From Pseudoxanthomonas sp. (GTDB lineage Bacteria; Pseudomonadota; Gammaproteobacteria; Xanthomonadales; Xanthomonadaceae), in NCBI RefSeq assembly GCF_035999195.1, contig NZ_DASYGY010000004.1:58827-122826 (forward strand): 64,000 nt of DNA. Direction: 5' to 3'. Below the pieces are notes generated by a model that searched no databases, had not been told where the DNA came from, and worked only from the letters and a program-made list of their open reading frames with translations. The translations under genes were made by a program, and so were the position numbers. Below, in pieces: positions 38,215 through 48,930 of this stretch (within the stretch, counting starts at the first letter, position 1; each line of letters opens with the position of its first letter).

Positions 38215-39267
38215 TCAGGTGGAGCGCGACACGCCCATGCGCCGCAACGCCAGGTAGACCGCGACGCTCGACGCCATGCCCAGCAGCAGGGCGAAGGCCA
38301 GGCCATGCGGGCTGTGGGCGAACGGCAGTCCCGGCAGGTTCATGCCGAACACGCCGGCCACCAGACTGGGCGGCAGCAGCAGGGCGGTGACCATCGACAG
38401 CACGTAGAGGTGGCGGTTGGTGCGTTCGGCCAGCTTCGCCGCGACCTCGTCCTGCAGCAGGCGCGCGCGTTCCTGCAGCGTGGCGACATCGCCATCCAGA
38501 TCGTCGAAGCGCTGGGTCAGGCGCGAGACCGCGGGCAGCAGTTCGTGCCCGGTATCGGCCGGATGCCGCTGCTCGAACTGCTTCAGTACGCGCCGCATCG
38601 CGGTAAGCGGACGGTGCAGGCGTACGGTCTGGTGGCGCAACTGCGCGAGATCGCGCCGCTCCTCGCCGATGCTGTCGGCCAGCACGCGGTCCTCGATGCG
38701 GTCCAGCCGCACCGACAGGCCGTCGCTGCTGCGCTCGACCGTATCGGCGAAACGTCCGGCGATCAGTTCGAGCAGCCGTAGCGGCGAATCCGCGACTGCG
38801 TCCTTGCAGACCGAACGGCGCGCCGCTTCCACCGACCGCAATGCGTGACGCCGCGCGGTGACCAGCAGCGTCGGCGTCAGCGCGAAATGCAGCCAGCCGA
38901 TCCCGTCGTCGCCGCGCAGCTGGCCTTCCGCGGCGAGGTCGACGCCGCGCTGGTGGGTCCAGTCGACGAACACGCCGTGCACGGCTTCGTCTTCGAGCTG
39001 CAGATTGACGTGCGAATCCGGCGCCAGCAGCGTGGCGCATGCGTCCTCGGGCAAGGGGAGCTTCGCCGCTACCTGCGCGCTGCGGGCGTCGCTGAGGTCC
39101 AGATGCAACCAGTGCCAGCGATCTCCGGCGGCCTGCAGGGTGTCGAGGCCGCACTGTCCGGCCTCCAGTACGCGGGCGCGGCCATCCGCGTCGAACCGGT
39201 ACAGCCACAGCGCGCCGGGCAGCCCGGAGAACGGCGAGGAGCGCGCTTCGGAAGGGACGGGGGCCAT
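38215..39267 (-). CDS. CorA/ZntB-family divalent cation transporter
   Basis: HWLHL; C-terminal two TMs with GVFGMN. Confidence 0.88.
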   Translation of the reverse strand: MAPVPSEARSSPFSGLPGALWLYRFDADGRARVLEAGQCGLDTLQAAGDRWHWLHLDLSDARSAQVAAKLPLPEDACATLLAPDSHVNLQLEDEAVHGVFVDWTHQRGVDLAAEGQLRGDDGIGWLHFALTPTLLVTARRHALRSVEAARRSVCKDAVADSPLRLLELIAGRFADTVERSSDGLSVRLDRIEDRVLADSIGEERRDLAQLRHQTVRLHRPLTAMRRVLKQFEQRHPADTGHELLPAVSRLTQRFDDLDGDVATLQERARLLQDEVAAKLAERTNRHLYVLSMVTALLLPPSLVAGVFGMNLPGLPFAHSPHGLAFALLLGMASSVAVYLALRRMGVSRST

Positions 39268-39345
39268 GTTGCAGCCGTGCGACGGTGAAGTGACGGTCAG
39301 GCTACCGCCGTCATGTGCCCGTCCCGTGACAGGCGCCGCCGTCGG

Positions 39346-39813
39346 CTACCCGGCCGGTTGCGCTTCCGCACCGCCGCGCTGCAGCGGATCGGGCAGGGCC
39401 TCGCCATTGGGCGTGAACGCCAGCGACACCGAATTCAGGCAGTGGCGTTCGCCGGTCGGCGGCGGGCCGTCGGGGAACACATGGCCCAGGTGCGACTGGC
39501 AGCGCGCGCAGACGATCTCGGTGCGGACCATGCCGTAGCTGGTGTCGCGGATGCGGCCGACATGCGCTTCGTCCACCGGCTGGAAGAAGCTCGGCCAGCC
39601 GGTGCCCGAATCGAACTTGGCGCTGGAGCGGAACAGCGGCAGCCCGCACAGGCGGCAGGTGTAGACGCCGTCCTGCTTGTTGTCGAGGAAGACGCCACAG
39701 AACGGCGCTTCGGTGCCGTGCTGCAGCAGCACGCGGCGCTCTTCCTCGCTCAGTCCCGCGATCAGGGTCTCGCGCTGCGCGTCGGTCGGCGGGGTGAGGT
39801 CGAAGGCGGTCAT
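39346..39813 (-). CDS. msrB: Peptide-methionine (R)-S-oxide reductase
   Basis: [42 protein letters not shown]. Confidence 0.96.
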   Translation of the reverse strand: MTAFDLTPPTDAQRETLIAGLSEEERRVLLQHGTEAPFCGVFLDNKQDGVYTCRLCGLPLFRSSAKFDSGTGWPSFFQPVDEAHVGRIRDTSYGMVRTEIVCARCQSHLGHVFPDGPPPTGERHCLNSVSLAFTPNGEALPDPLQRGGAEAQPAG

Positions 39814-39909
39814 GGCAGGGCTCCGTGGGGGACGCACCGGATATGGTGCCGCGCAACCGGGCATGCAAGGCTGGACTATGATCCGCGCTCACGTCTGCCC
39901 GAGACACGG

Positions 39910-40722
39910 ATGCGCCCGATCCTGCCCTTCATCGCCCTGCTGCTGGTCGCGCCCGTGGCCTCGACGCAGTCGCTGCCCGCGCCCGCATCGGCGGCCTGCG
40001 TCGATGCGCGCCAGCTCGTCGAACTGAGGCAGGCCTCGTCCCGTCAGCTGGCGGGCCTGGACCGCAGCGGCCAGCGCGTCCGCATCGACCTGGGCGACGA
40101 CTGTCCGGGCAGCGCAGGCGCCAGCGCGCAGCTGCTCGCCCGCGGCGGGCGCGTCTGCGGTGCCGAGGGCGAGGCGGTGCGCATCGGCACGGCCACCTGC
40201 CCGATCGTCGCCGTGACGGCCGTCAGTGCGCGCGACTACGCCGGCCTTGCGCGCGCCGCCGCCGCGCTCGCCGACGACACCGCCACCACGCTGGAGACGG
40301 TCGAAGTGCGCGGGGAGCGCCGTCGCGGTTTCGGCGGCTCATCCAGCTACTGCTTCGACACGCGCTACCTCCGCTCATGGTCCGAGGACGGCAGGGGCAT
40401 GCTGGTGGAGGTTTCGCCTGCGCGGTCCGGCGGCCATCGCTACTACCGCGTCGAGTTGCCGCAGAGTTGTCCCGATCTCGATGCCGCGCCTGCCATCAGC
40501 TTCCGTTCCGGCGTGGGCATCAGCCTGATCTGCGGCAATCCGGGCGATCGGGTGGTCGCCGACGGCACCGGCGACAGCGTGTCGTTCGACGCGTCGTCGC
40601 CGTACCCGGTCAGCGACGACGTGCGCGCCTCGCGCTTCCGCGCCGGCATGCGCTTCCAGTGCACCGTGTCGGCGGTCTATCCGCACGAATCCGAAGACGG
40701 AAACGGACAGGCCCCGCGTTGA
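39910..40722 (+). CDS. Exported Cys-containing protein with two related domains (DUF6491-like)
   Basis: Signal peptide; two units C.D.R.L...R(V/I)(D/E)L...C. Confidence 0.55.
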   Translation: MRPILPFIALLLVAPVASTQSLPAPASAACVDARQLVELRQASSRQLAGLDRSGQRVRIDLGDDCPGSAGASAQLLARGGRVCGAEGEAVRIGTATCPIVAVTAVSARDYAGLARAAAALADDTATTLETVEVRGERRRGFGGSSSYCFDTRYLRSWSEDGRGMLVEVSPARSGGHRYYRVELPQSCPDLDAAPAISFRSGVGISLICGNPGDRVVADGTGDSVSFDASSPYPVSDDVRASRFRAGMRFQCTVSAVYPHESEDGNGQAPR

Positions 40723-40732
40723 GCGGGGCCTG
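40708..40732. terminator. GC hairpin between convergent genes
   Basis: caggccccgc-gttga-gcggggcctg; no clear U tract. Confidence 0.45.
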
Positions 40733-40755
40733 CCTGTCGCGATCCTGCGCGGACA

Positions 40756-41328
40756 TCAGCGCGTCGAGGTGAGCGCCGCGCCGCTGCGGAACTCCTTGCG
40801 CAGCCAGTCGTCGATCAGCCGCTTCTCGTAGCGCAGCGCATCGTTGTTGTTGATCTGCGTGCCCATCAGGAAGGCGTGGTCGACCAGTTTGCGCTCGCCT
40901 TCGGCCACCACCTGGCCGTCCGCGCCCTTCAGCGTGAAGCTGAGCGTCATGCGCGGCGGGTACAGATCCTTGACCACTCGGATGTCGTTCATGCCGATCC
41001 GCACCGTCGGCTCGTAACGGCCGGCACGGTCGATGTCGGTGATGGTCAAGTCCAGGGTCTGCCCTCGCGCGAGGCGCTGGCCGGCCTCGTCGCGCAGGTA
41101 GGTCGCCAGTTGGGTGACCCAGGTGCCGCGTTCGGCTTCCCAGCGGTTGCCGCTGTACTTGATCTCGCTGAACTGCGCGGGATCGGTCCAGCTGACGCTG
41201 ACCGCGCCGCCATCGGCGGGCACGCTGCGCGGCAGGTTCGGATCGGTGACGGTTTTGGGAGCTGCGGTGGCGCCGGCGGCGAACGCCAGCGCGACGACGG
41301 CGGAGAACAGCAGGGCAGGCGCCTTCAT
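40756..41328 (-). CDS. DUF3016-like exported protein
   Basis: Signal peptide; V.WTDP.QFSE, ITDIDRAG, IRVVKDLYPPR, LRYEKRLIDDW. Confidence 0.8.
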   Translation of the reverse strand: MKAPALLFSAVVALAFAAGATAAPKTVTDPNLPRSVPADGGAVSVSWTDPAQFSEIKYSGNRWEAERGTWVTQLATYLRDEAGQRLARGQTLDLTITDIDRAGRYEPTVRIGMNDIRVVKDLYPPRMTLSFTLKGADGQVVAEGERKLVDHAFLMGTQINNNDALRYEKRLIDDWLRKEFRSGAALTSTR

Positions 41329-41436
41329 GACGGAACCTCCGTGGGAGTCACACGAAGTGTGCGCCCGCCGGTGGGGTGAGACAACACGGCGGCGCGCCAC
41401 GCGCCGCATGGCGTTCAGTCGCGGTTTCCAGGCCAT

Positions 41437-42345
41437 TCAGAGGTTGCGCAGACGCTCCACGTCGCGCACCGGCGGCGCACCGAACATGCGGCTGTATTCG
41501 CGGCTGAACTGCGACGGGCTTTCATAGCCCACGCGGTGCCCGGCACTCGCCGCGTCCAGCACTTCGCTGAGCATCAGCCGGCGCGCTTCCTGCAGGCGCA
41601 GCTGCTTCTGGTACTGCAGCGGGCTCATCGCGGTGACCGCCTTGAAGTGGTGGTGCAGCGCCGACGTGCTCATGTGCACCTCGCGGGCGATATGGTCGAT
41701 GCGCAGCGGCTTGGCGTAATGCTGGCGCAGCCAGTGGATCGCCTTGGCCACGCGCTGGCCCTGGCTGTCGGCGATGCCGATGTGGCGCAGCATCGCGCCC
41801 TGCGGGCTGCACAGCACGCGGTAGAGGATCTCGCGTTCGATCAGCGGCGCGAGCAGGGGGATGTCGCGCGGTGTGTCGAGCAGTTTCACCAGCCGGATCG
41901 CGGCCTCCAGCAGTTCCACACTGCTGGGCGCCAGGCACAGGCCGCGCGAGGGTGGCGGCAGCGGGGCGTCCGCGGATTCGGCCTGGGTGACCAGTTCGGC
42001 GATGGTGGACGCCGAGAGTTTCAGGATCAGGCACAGGTACGGCGCATCCGCGGAGGCCTGGGTCACCTGTGCGGTGACCGGCAGGTCGACCGAGGCCACC
42101 ACGAAGCGGCTCGCGTCGTAGTCGTATACCTCGTCGGCGAGGATCGCGCGCTTGGCGCCCTGCACGATCAGGCACAGGGCCGCCTCCTGCACGCCGCGCA
42201 TCGGCAATGGCATCGGCGCGCTGAGGCGCGAGAACTGCAGCGACGGGATGGCGGTCGTGTGCAGGCCGTCGCTGCGGGCGGATCGTTCAATCAGGCCGGC
42301 CAGTTCGCGGAGGCAGCCGTCGTGGGCGGGCGTGGTGTCTGCCAT
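41437..42345 (-). CDS. AraC family transcriptional regulator
   Basis: AraC N-terminal domain; HHHFKAVTAMSPLQYQKQLRLQEAR, VGYESPSQFSREY. Confidence 0.93.
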   Translation of the reverse strand: MADTTPAHDGCLRELAGLIERSARSDGLHTTAIPSLQFSRLSAPMPLPMRGVQEAALCLIVQGAKRAILADEVYDYDASRFVVASVDLPVTAQVTQASADAPYLCLILKLSASTIAELVTQAESADAPLPPPSRGLCLAPSSVELLEAAIRLVKLLDTPRDIPLLAPLIEREILYRVLCSPQGAMLRHIGIADSQGQRVAKAIHWLRQHYAKPLRIDHIAREVHMSTSALHHHFKAVTAMSPLQYQKQLRLQEARRLMLSEVLDAASAGHRVGYESPSQFSREYSRMFGAPPVRDVERLRNL

Positions 42346-42542
42346 GGGGAAGCCTTGGGGGACAGGGGGTGGGGATGGGGCGAGTCTACGCACGGTGCCG
42401 GCGGATGGAACCGCTCGCCTCGAGCCTGCGCAGGATCAGGCAAGCATCGTGGAGAAACCGGATATCGACGCGGCGGTCGCGGCGCCCAGACTGCGCACCG
42501 TCCCGGCGCACCCGCGCCGTGCTTCCCCCAACGAGGTGTCCC

Positions 42543-43277
42543 ATGTCCGGAATCCAAGGAAAAGTCATCGCCATCACCGGTGCCAGCAGCGGCATCGGCG
42601 AAGCCACCGCCCGCGAACTCGCCCGCCGTGGCGCAACGGTCGTGCTGGGTGCGCGCCGTACCGACCGGCTGGAGAGGCTGGTCGCCGGGATCGAAGCCGC
42701 CGGCGGCACGGCCCGCCAGCGCGCGCTCGACGTCACCCGTGCCGACGACGTGCAGGCTTTCGTCGCGTTCGCGCAGGCCGAATTCGGCCGGCTCGACGTC
42801 ATCGTCAACAATGCCGGCGTGATGCCGCTGTCGCCGCTGGCCGCGCTGAAGATCGACGAATGGAACCAGATGATCGACGTCAACATCCGCGGCGTCCTGC
42901 ACGGCATCGCCGCTGCGCTGCCGGTGATGCAGGCGCAGGGCGGCGGCCAGATCATCAACGTCGCGTCCACCGCCGGCCATCGCGTGTGGCCCAGCGCGGC
43001 GGTGTACTGCGCCACCAAGCACGCGGTGCTGGCCATCTCCGAAGGCCTGCGCCAGGAGCATGACGATCTCCGCGTCACCGTGGTGTCGCCGGGCGTGACC
43101 ACCAGCGAACTGGCCGAGACCACCAGCGATGCCGGCATCAAGGCGTGGCTGGAGGATTTCCGCCAGGTCGCGATTCCCGCCGAGGCCATCGCGCGGGCCA
43201 TCGCCTATGCGGTGGAACAGCCCGACGACGTGGATGTCAGCGAAGTCATCGTGCGCCCGGCCGCAAGCGCGAACTGA
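42543..43277 (+). CDS. Short-chain dehydrogenase/reductase
   Basis: TGASSGIG, NNAG, YCATK. Confidence 0.93.
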   Translation: MSGIQGKVIAITGASSGIGEATARELARRGATVVLGARRTDRLERLVAGIEAAGGTARQRALDVTRADDVQAFVAFAQAEFGRLDVIVNNAGVMPLSPLAALKIDEWNQMIDVNIRGVLHGIAAALPVMQAQGGGQIINVASTAGHRVWPSAAVYCATKHAVLAISEGLRQEHDDLRVTVVSPGVTTSELAETTSDAGIKAWLEDFRQVAIPAEAIARAIAYAVEQPDDVDVSEVIVRPAASAN

Positions 43278-43356
43278 GCGTTCCATCGCAAGGGGTTGCC
43301 GTTGCGGCGACGGGGGAGTGCAATGGCGCACTCCCCCGTTCCAGCAGGCATTCCCC

Positions 43357-44391
<1,035 letters not shown>

Positions 44392-44413
44392 TCGCGCCGC
44401 GCAACGGAATCCC

Positions 44414-44547
44414 TGCAGGAGCGACGTAAGTCGCGACCGCGCCGGTACCCCGTGCAGAAACAAGAACGCAGCAGCGCGCCCGAACAGAAAACCATCGGCT
44501 TTCCGTGGGCGGCCAGGTGCGCGGTCGCGACTTACGTCGCTCCTACA
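44414..44547. repeat. REP doublet (family A) with long spacer
   Basis: tgcaggagcgacgtaagtcgcgacc (44414-44438) and inverted ggtcgcgacttacgtcgctcctaca (44523-44547). Confidence 0.88.
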
Positions 44548-44597
44548 GGGTGGGCTTGCTACATTCGCTCTCTCTTCATTCGACTTCCGGATCCCCC

Positions 44598-45878
44598 ATG
44601 CGCCTGTGCGTCCTCGCTGCCGTCCTGTCCGTCGCCTGCGCGCCTGCGTTCGCGGCCACCACCTACGTCAAGGCGGGGCGCCTGCTGGATGTCGAATCCG
44701 GTCGCCTGCTGACCGATCAGGCCATCGTCATCGAGGATGCGCGCATCACCGCCATCGGTCCGGCCGCGGACACGCCGGTGCCGGCGGGCGCGACGGTGCA
44801 CGATCTCTCGGGCAAGACCGTGCTGCCCGGCCTGATGGACGCGCACGTACATCTCCATGGCGATGCCGATCTGCAGGGCTATCGCCGCCTGGCGATCTCG
44901 CTGCCGGCCGCCGCCATCAAGGGCGCCAAGAACGCGCGCACCACGCTGCTGGCCGGCTTCACCACCGTGCGCGTGCCCGGCTCGCCCGGTTACGCCGACG
45001 TGGCGCTGCGCGATGCGATCGCGAACGGTGAGGTCGACGGCCCGCGCATCCTTGCCGGTGGCGTGTCCATCGGCATCACCGGCGGCCACTGCAGCGACAA
45101 CAACCTGCTGCCGGCCGAGTACAAGGCGGTCGGCGAGGGCGTCGCCGATGGCCCGTGGGCCGCGCGGCAGAAGGTGCGGCAGAACGTCAAGTTCGGCGCC
45201 GACTTCATCAAGACCTGTTCCACCGGCGGCGTGCTGTCCAAGGGCACCGAAGTCGGTGCGCCGCAGTACTCGCTGGAGGAACTGAAGGCGCTGGTCGACG
45301 AGGCGCACGCGCTGGGGCGCAAGGTCGCCTCGCACGCGCACGGCGCCACCGGCATCCGCAACGCGCTGCTGGCCGGCGTGGATTCCATCGAGCATGCCAG
45401 CTTCATCGACGATGAAGGCATCGCGCTGGCGAAGAAGCACGGCACGGTGCTGGTGATGGACATCTACAACACCGAGTACATCCTCGGCGAAGGCGAGAAG
45501 GCCGGCTTCCTGCCGGAATCGCTGGAGAAGGAGCGCCGCGTCGGCGCCACCCAACGCGAGAATTTCCGCAAGGCGCACCAGGCCGGCGTCGTCATGGGCT
45601 TCGGCACCGACGCTGGCGTGTATCCGCACGGGCTCAATGCGCGCCAGTTCTCGCGCATGGTCCAGTTCGGCATGACGCCGCTGCAGGCGATCCGCTCGGC
45701 CACCGTGGTCAATGCGCGGCTGTTCGGCATCGACAAGGAGGTGGGCGTGCTGAAGCCGGGCTACTCAGCCGACCTGATCGCCGTCGACGGCGATCCGCTG
45801 CAGGACGTGGCGGTGCTGGAAAACGTCGGCTTCGTGATGAAGCAGGGTCGCGTCTACAAGAACACCGGCAACGACTGA
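44598..45878 (+). CDS. Exported metal-dependent amidohydrolase (Xaa-Pro dipeptidase-like)
   Basis: Signal peptide; PGLMDAHVH, TGGH, HAHG, SIEH, FGTDAG. Confidence 0.9.
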   Translation: MRLCVLAAVLSVACAPAFAATTYVKAGRLLDVESGRLLTDQAIVIEDARITAIGPAADTPVPAGATVHDLSGKTVLPGLMDAHVHLHGDADLQGYRRLAISLPAAAIKGAKNARTTLLAGFTTVRVPGSPGYADVALRDAIANGEVDGPRILAGGVSIGITGGHCSDNNLLPAEYKAVGEGVADGPWAARQKVRQNVKFGADFIKTCSTGGVLSKGTEVGAPQYSLEELKALVDEAHALGRKVASHAHGATGIRNALLAGVDSIEHASFIDDEGIALAKKHGTVLVMDIYNTEYILGEGEKAGFLPESLEKERRVGATQRENFRKAHQAGVVMGFGTDAGVYPHGLNARQFSRMVQFGMTPLQAIRSATVVNARLFGIDKEVGVLKPGYSADLIAVDGDPLQDVAVLENVGFVMKQGRVYKNTGND

Positions 45879-45888
45879 GGCGCCGCGC

Positions 45889-46545
45889 ATGTCCAAGCCC
45901 GTGAAGATCGATTTCGTCTCCGACGTCGCCTGCCCTTGGTGTGCCATCGGACTGGCCGCGCTGGAGCGCGCGATGGCGGCTGTCGGTGATGACCTGCAGG
46001 TCGAACTGCATTTCCAGCCGTTCGAGCTGAATCCCGACATGGGGCCGGAGGGCGAGTCCATCGCCGACCACCTCGCGAAGAAGTACGGCCTGACCGCCGA
46101 TCAACTTGCGCAGAACGGCGAAGCGCTCCGCCAGCGCGGCGAAGCCCTCGGCGTGCGCATCGACCTGCAGAAGCGCGACCGCATCTACAACACCTTCGAT
46201 GCGCACCGCCTGCTGCACTGGGCAGGCGAGCTCGGCGCCGCGCAGCAGCTCGCGCTCAAGCGCGCCCTGCTGCAGGCCTACCACGGCGAAGGCCGCAACG
46301 TGTCCGATCGCGACACCCTGGTCGACGTCGCCGCGTCCACCGGCCTGGATGCCGCCGAAGCACGGCGCGTCCTGGAGGCGGACACCTACGCCGCGCAGGT
46401 CCGCGAGCGCGAGCATTTCTACCAGCAGCGTGGCATCCGCGCGGTGCCGTCGGTGATCCTCAACGACCGCCACCTGGTGCAGGGCGGGCAGCCGCCCGAG
46501 GTGTTCGAGCAGGCCCTGCGGCAGCTGGCCGGCATCAGCGGCTGA
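45889..46545 (+). CDS. DsbA-family (FrnE-like) oxidoreductase
   Basis: SDVACPWC, PFELNP, NTFDAHRL, AVP. Confidence 0.9.
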   Translation: MSKPVKIDFVSDVACPWCAIGLAALERAMAAVGDDLQVELHFQPFELNPDMGPEGESIADHLAKKYGLTADQLAQNGEALRQRGEALGVRIDLQKRDRIYNTFDAHRLLHWAGELGAAQQLALKRALLQAYHGEGRNVSDRDTLVDVAASTGLDAAEARRVLEADTYAAQVREREHFYQQRGIRAVPSVILNDRHLVQGGQPPEVFEQALRQLAGISG

Positions 46546-47038
46546 CGCGGGTGTAGTGCGTTTCCACCGCGCGCATTTCCTCGCCCTGCGGGGTGATGTT
46601 GAACATGGTGATGACCAGGGTGTCCGGATCGGGTTGTTCCAGCCTCGTCCGCCAACCCCAGCGCGGGCCGCCCTGTCCGTCGCCGTAGCTGCCGAGCATG
46701 TCGGGGTGGGGCGCGCCGCCTCCGCTGCCGGTCGAGAACATGATGCTGGTGCCGGTGCCGAAACTTTCCACCCACGCCGATTCCCAGTTCCCGTCGTCCA
46801 GGTGGTAGCCGTAGATCACGACGCCTTCGATGGGGTTGTCGTTGAAGCGGGTTTCGTATTCGTGGATCAGGAAGCGCCCGCCCAGCGCACTGCGGATGCG
46901 CCCGCGTTGGGGTGCCTCGCCGGCCAGTGCGTCCGGGGTGAACCACAACCGGAAGCTGCCTTCCCAGTCGCCGGCCATCTGTGCGAGCTGCCGGTGCCGG
47001 CCTTCCGCCAGCGATGCCTCGAATGCCTGCTTGCCCAT
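46535..47038 (-). CDS. DUF1579-like protein
   Basis: L..MAGDWEG..RLWF, LGGRFL..EY, W.SAWVESFGTGT. Confidence 0.7.
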   Translation of the reverse strand: MGKQAFEASLAEGRHRQLAQMAGDWEGSFRLWFTPDALAGEAPQRGRIRSALGGRFLIHEYETRFNDNPIEGVVIYGYHLDDGNWESAWVESFGTGTSIMFSTGSGGGAPHPDMLGSYGDGQGGPRWGWRTRLEQPDPDTLVITMFNITPQGEEMRAVETHYTRVSR

Positions 47039-47128
47039 GGCCAGCGCCTCCGCACGTGGAGTGCGCATCATGCCATCGGGGAGACGCGCGGACCGCTCGG
47101 CGGCGCCCGCGCGCCGTGCCGGCGCGGC

Positions 47129-47341
47129 TCAGCCGTGGCGGGCCAGCAGCACCGACTCGTTGCTGGGCATTTCCACGACCACGGCGGTCGGGATGCCATG
47201 GTGCTGGTGCAGGGTGGCGGCGAGCAGCTTGGCGCTTTCGCGCGCATCGCCGAGGTTGTCGAACCAGTTGCGGCCGTACTGGCCTTCGTAGAGCTGCCAG
47301 CCTTTGTCGTTGGCGGCGATGGTGAACAGCAGGCGGGGCAT
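47129..47341 (-). CDS. Small hypothetical protein (70 aa)
   Basis: GGAG RBS; typical codon bias; fills the gap between co-oriented genes. Confidence 0.65.
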   Translation of the reverse strand: MPRLLFTIAANDKGWQLYEGQYGRNWFDNLGDARESAKLLAATLHQHHGIPTAVVVEMPSNESVLLARHG

Positions 47342-47435
47342 GACGGACTCCAGTCAACACGCCGGGCAGGGAACCGGCGTGCGCACTGTGCGCGAATGTG
47401 CCAGCTATCACATTCGGCGGACACCCCGCGTCCGC

Positions 47436-47451
47436 GTAGGAAAAATCCTAC
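47436..47451. promoter_or_regulatory. Palindromic operator-like box
   Basis: GTAGGA-AAAA-TCCTAC about 95 nt upstream of the 70-aa ORF. Confidence 0.4.
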
Positions 47452-47474
47452 CGGGCGGCCGGCCGTTGCCGGCG

Positions 47475-48161
47475 TCAGCGCAGCAGGGGTTCCAGCGAGG
47501 TCCAGACATGGTCGCGCAGCTTCGGTTGCACGCCGGCGACGGGGTGCAGGTTGTCGGCCTGGTAGGCCGAGCGGTCCAGTGCGATCGGTTCCAGCAGGAA
47601 CGGCAGCAGGGCGGTCTTGTACTGGCTGGCCAGCGCGCGGTAGTTCTGCTCGAAGCCGCGCGTGTAGTCGGGTCCGTAGTTCGGCGGCATGCGCATGCCG
47701 ACCAGCAGCACCTTCGCCCTGGTCGCCTGGGCCGCCTTGATCATCTTCTCTAGGTTGGCACGGGTCTGCGCCAGCGGCAGGCCGCGCAGGCCATCGTTGG
47801 CGCCGAGCGCGATGACGACGACGGCGGGCCTGTGCCGTTGCAGCTCCGCCGCCATGCGTGCCGCGCCGCCTGCGGTGGTCTCGCCGCTGATGCTGGCGTT
47901 GACGATGCGCCAACCCGGCTTGGTCTTGCCGATGCGGTCCCCGGTCAGCGCCACCCAGCCCTGCGCCGGCGCCAGGCCGTAGGCGGCGGACAGCGAATCG
48001 CCCATCACCAGCACCGTGCGCGTGCCCGTTGCCGGTGCAGCCGAGGCCGTCTGCGCTGCGACGGGCCGTGCCGACCATGCGACGAGCAGCAGCACCGACA
48101 GGCCCAGAACCCATTGCATGCGGGCGCGCAGGGCCCCATACCTGTTCAAATTAAGAAACAT
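47475..48161 (-). CDS. tesA: Arylesterase/acyl-CoA thioesterase I (SGNH hydrolase); start may be 48119
   Basis: GDSLS, NASISGETT, LGANDGLRG, D.LHP; divergent from ybbA-like ABC. Confidence 0.92.
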   Translation of the reverse strand: MFLNLNRYGALRARMQWVLGLSVLLLVAWSARPVAAQTASAAPATGTRTVLVMGDSLSAAYGLAPAQGWVALTGDRIGKTKPGWRIVNASISGETTAGGAARMAAELQRHRPAVVVIALGANDGLRGLPLAQTRANLEKMIKAAQATRAKVLLVGMRMPPNYGPDYTRGFEQNYRALASQYKTALLPFLLEPIALDRSAYQADNLHPVAGVQPKLRDHVWTSLEPLLR

Positions 48162-48207
48162 TTAATCCGTGCTCCCGATGATTCACGAAACGACCGACGA
48201 GACGATC

Positions 48208-48930
48208 ATGGCCGACGCCAGCAGACTCCCCCCTGAAGCTCCCGCCCCCGTGCGCCATGCCGTGCTCGACGTGCAGGGCCTGGGCAAGCATGTCCCGCTG
48301 CCCGACGGCGACCTGACGATACTCGACGACATCGGCTTCCGCATCGAACACGGCGACACCGTGGCCATCGTCGGTGCGTCGGGCTCCGGCAAGAGCACGC
48401 TGCTGTCGTTGCTCGCCGGCCTGGACGTGCCCAGCACGGGCACGGTGACGCTGGACGGTGAGCGGCTCTCCGGGATGGACGAGGACGGCCGTGCGCGCGT
48501 GCGCGGCGAGAAGGTCGGCTTCGTGTTCCAGAGTTTCCAGCTGCTGCCGTCGCTGACGGCGCTGGAGAACGTCATGCTGCCGCTCGAACTGCGCGGCGAC
48601 GCCGATGCGGAAGGTCCGGCGCGGCAGATCCTGGAGAAGGTCGGGCTGGGCCAGCGCCTGGGCCACTATCCGCGGCAGCTGTCGGGCGGCGAGCAGCAAC
48701 GCGTGGCGCTGGCGCGCGCCTTCGTCACGCGGCCATCGCTGCTGTTCGCCGACGAGCCCACCGGCAATCTCGACACGCACACCGGCCAGGCGATCATCGA
48801 ACTGCTGTTCGCCTTGAATGCGGACGCGGGCACCACGCTGGTCCTGGTCACCCACGACGACCATCTCGCTGCGCGCTGCCGGCGCCTGATCCGGCTGGAC
48901 GCCGGCCGCCTGCAGGGCGCGACCGCATGA
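48208..48930 (+). CDS. ABC transporter ATP-binding protein (YbbA-like); start uncertain (48169-48208)
   Basis: GASGSGKST, LSGGEQQRVA, DEPTGNLD. Confidence 0.9.
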   Translation: MADASRLPPEAPAPVRHAVLDVQGLGKHVPLPDGDLTILDDIGFRIEHGDTVAIVGASGSGKSTLLSLLAGLDVPSTGTVTLDGERLSGMDEDGRARVRGEKVGFVFQSFQLLPSLTALENVMLPLELRGDADAEGPARQILEKVGLGQRLGHYPRQLSGGEQQRVALARAFVTRPSLLFADEPTGNLDTHTGQAIIELLFALNADAGTTLVLVTHDDHLAARCRRLIRLDAGRLQGATA

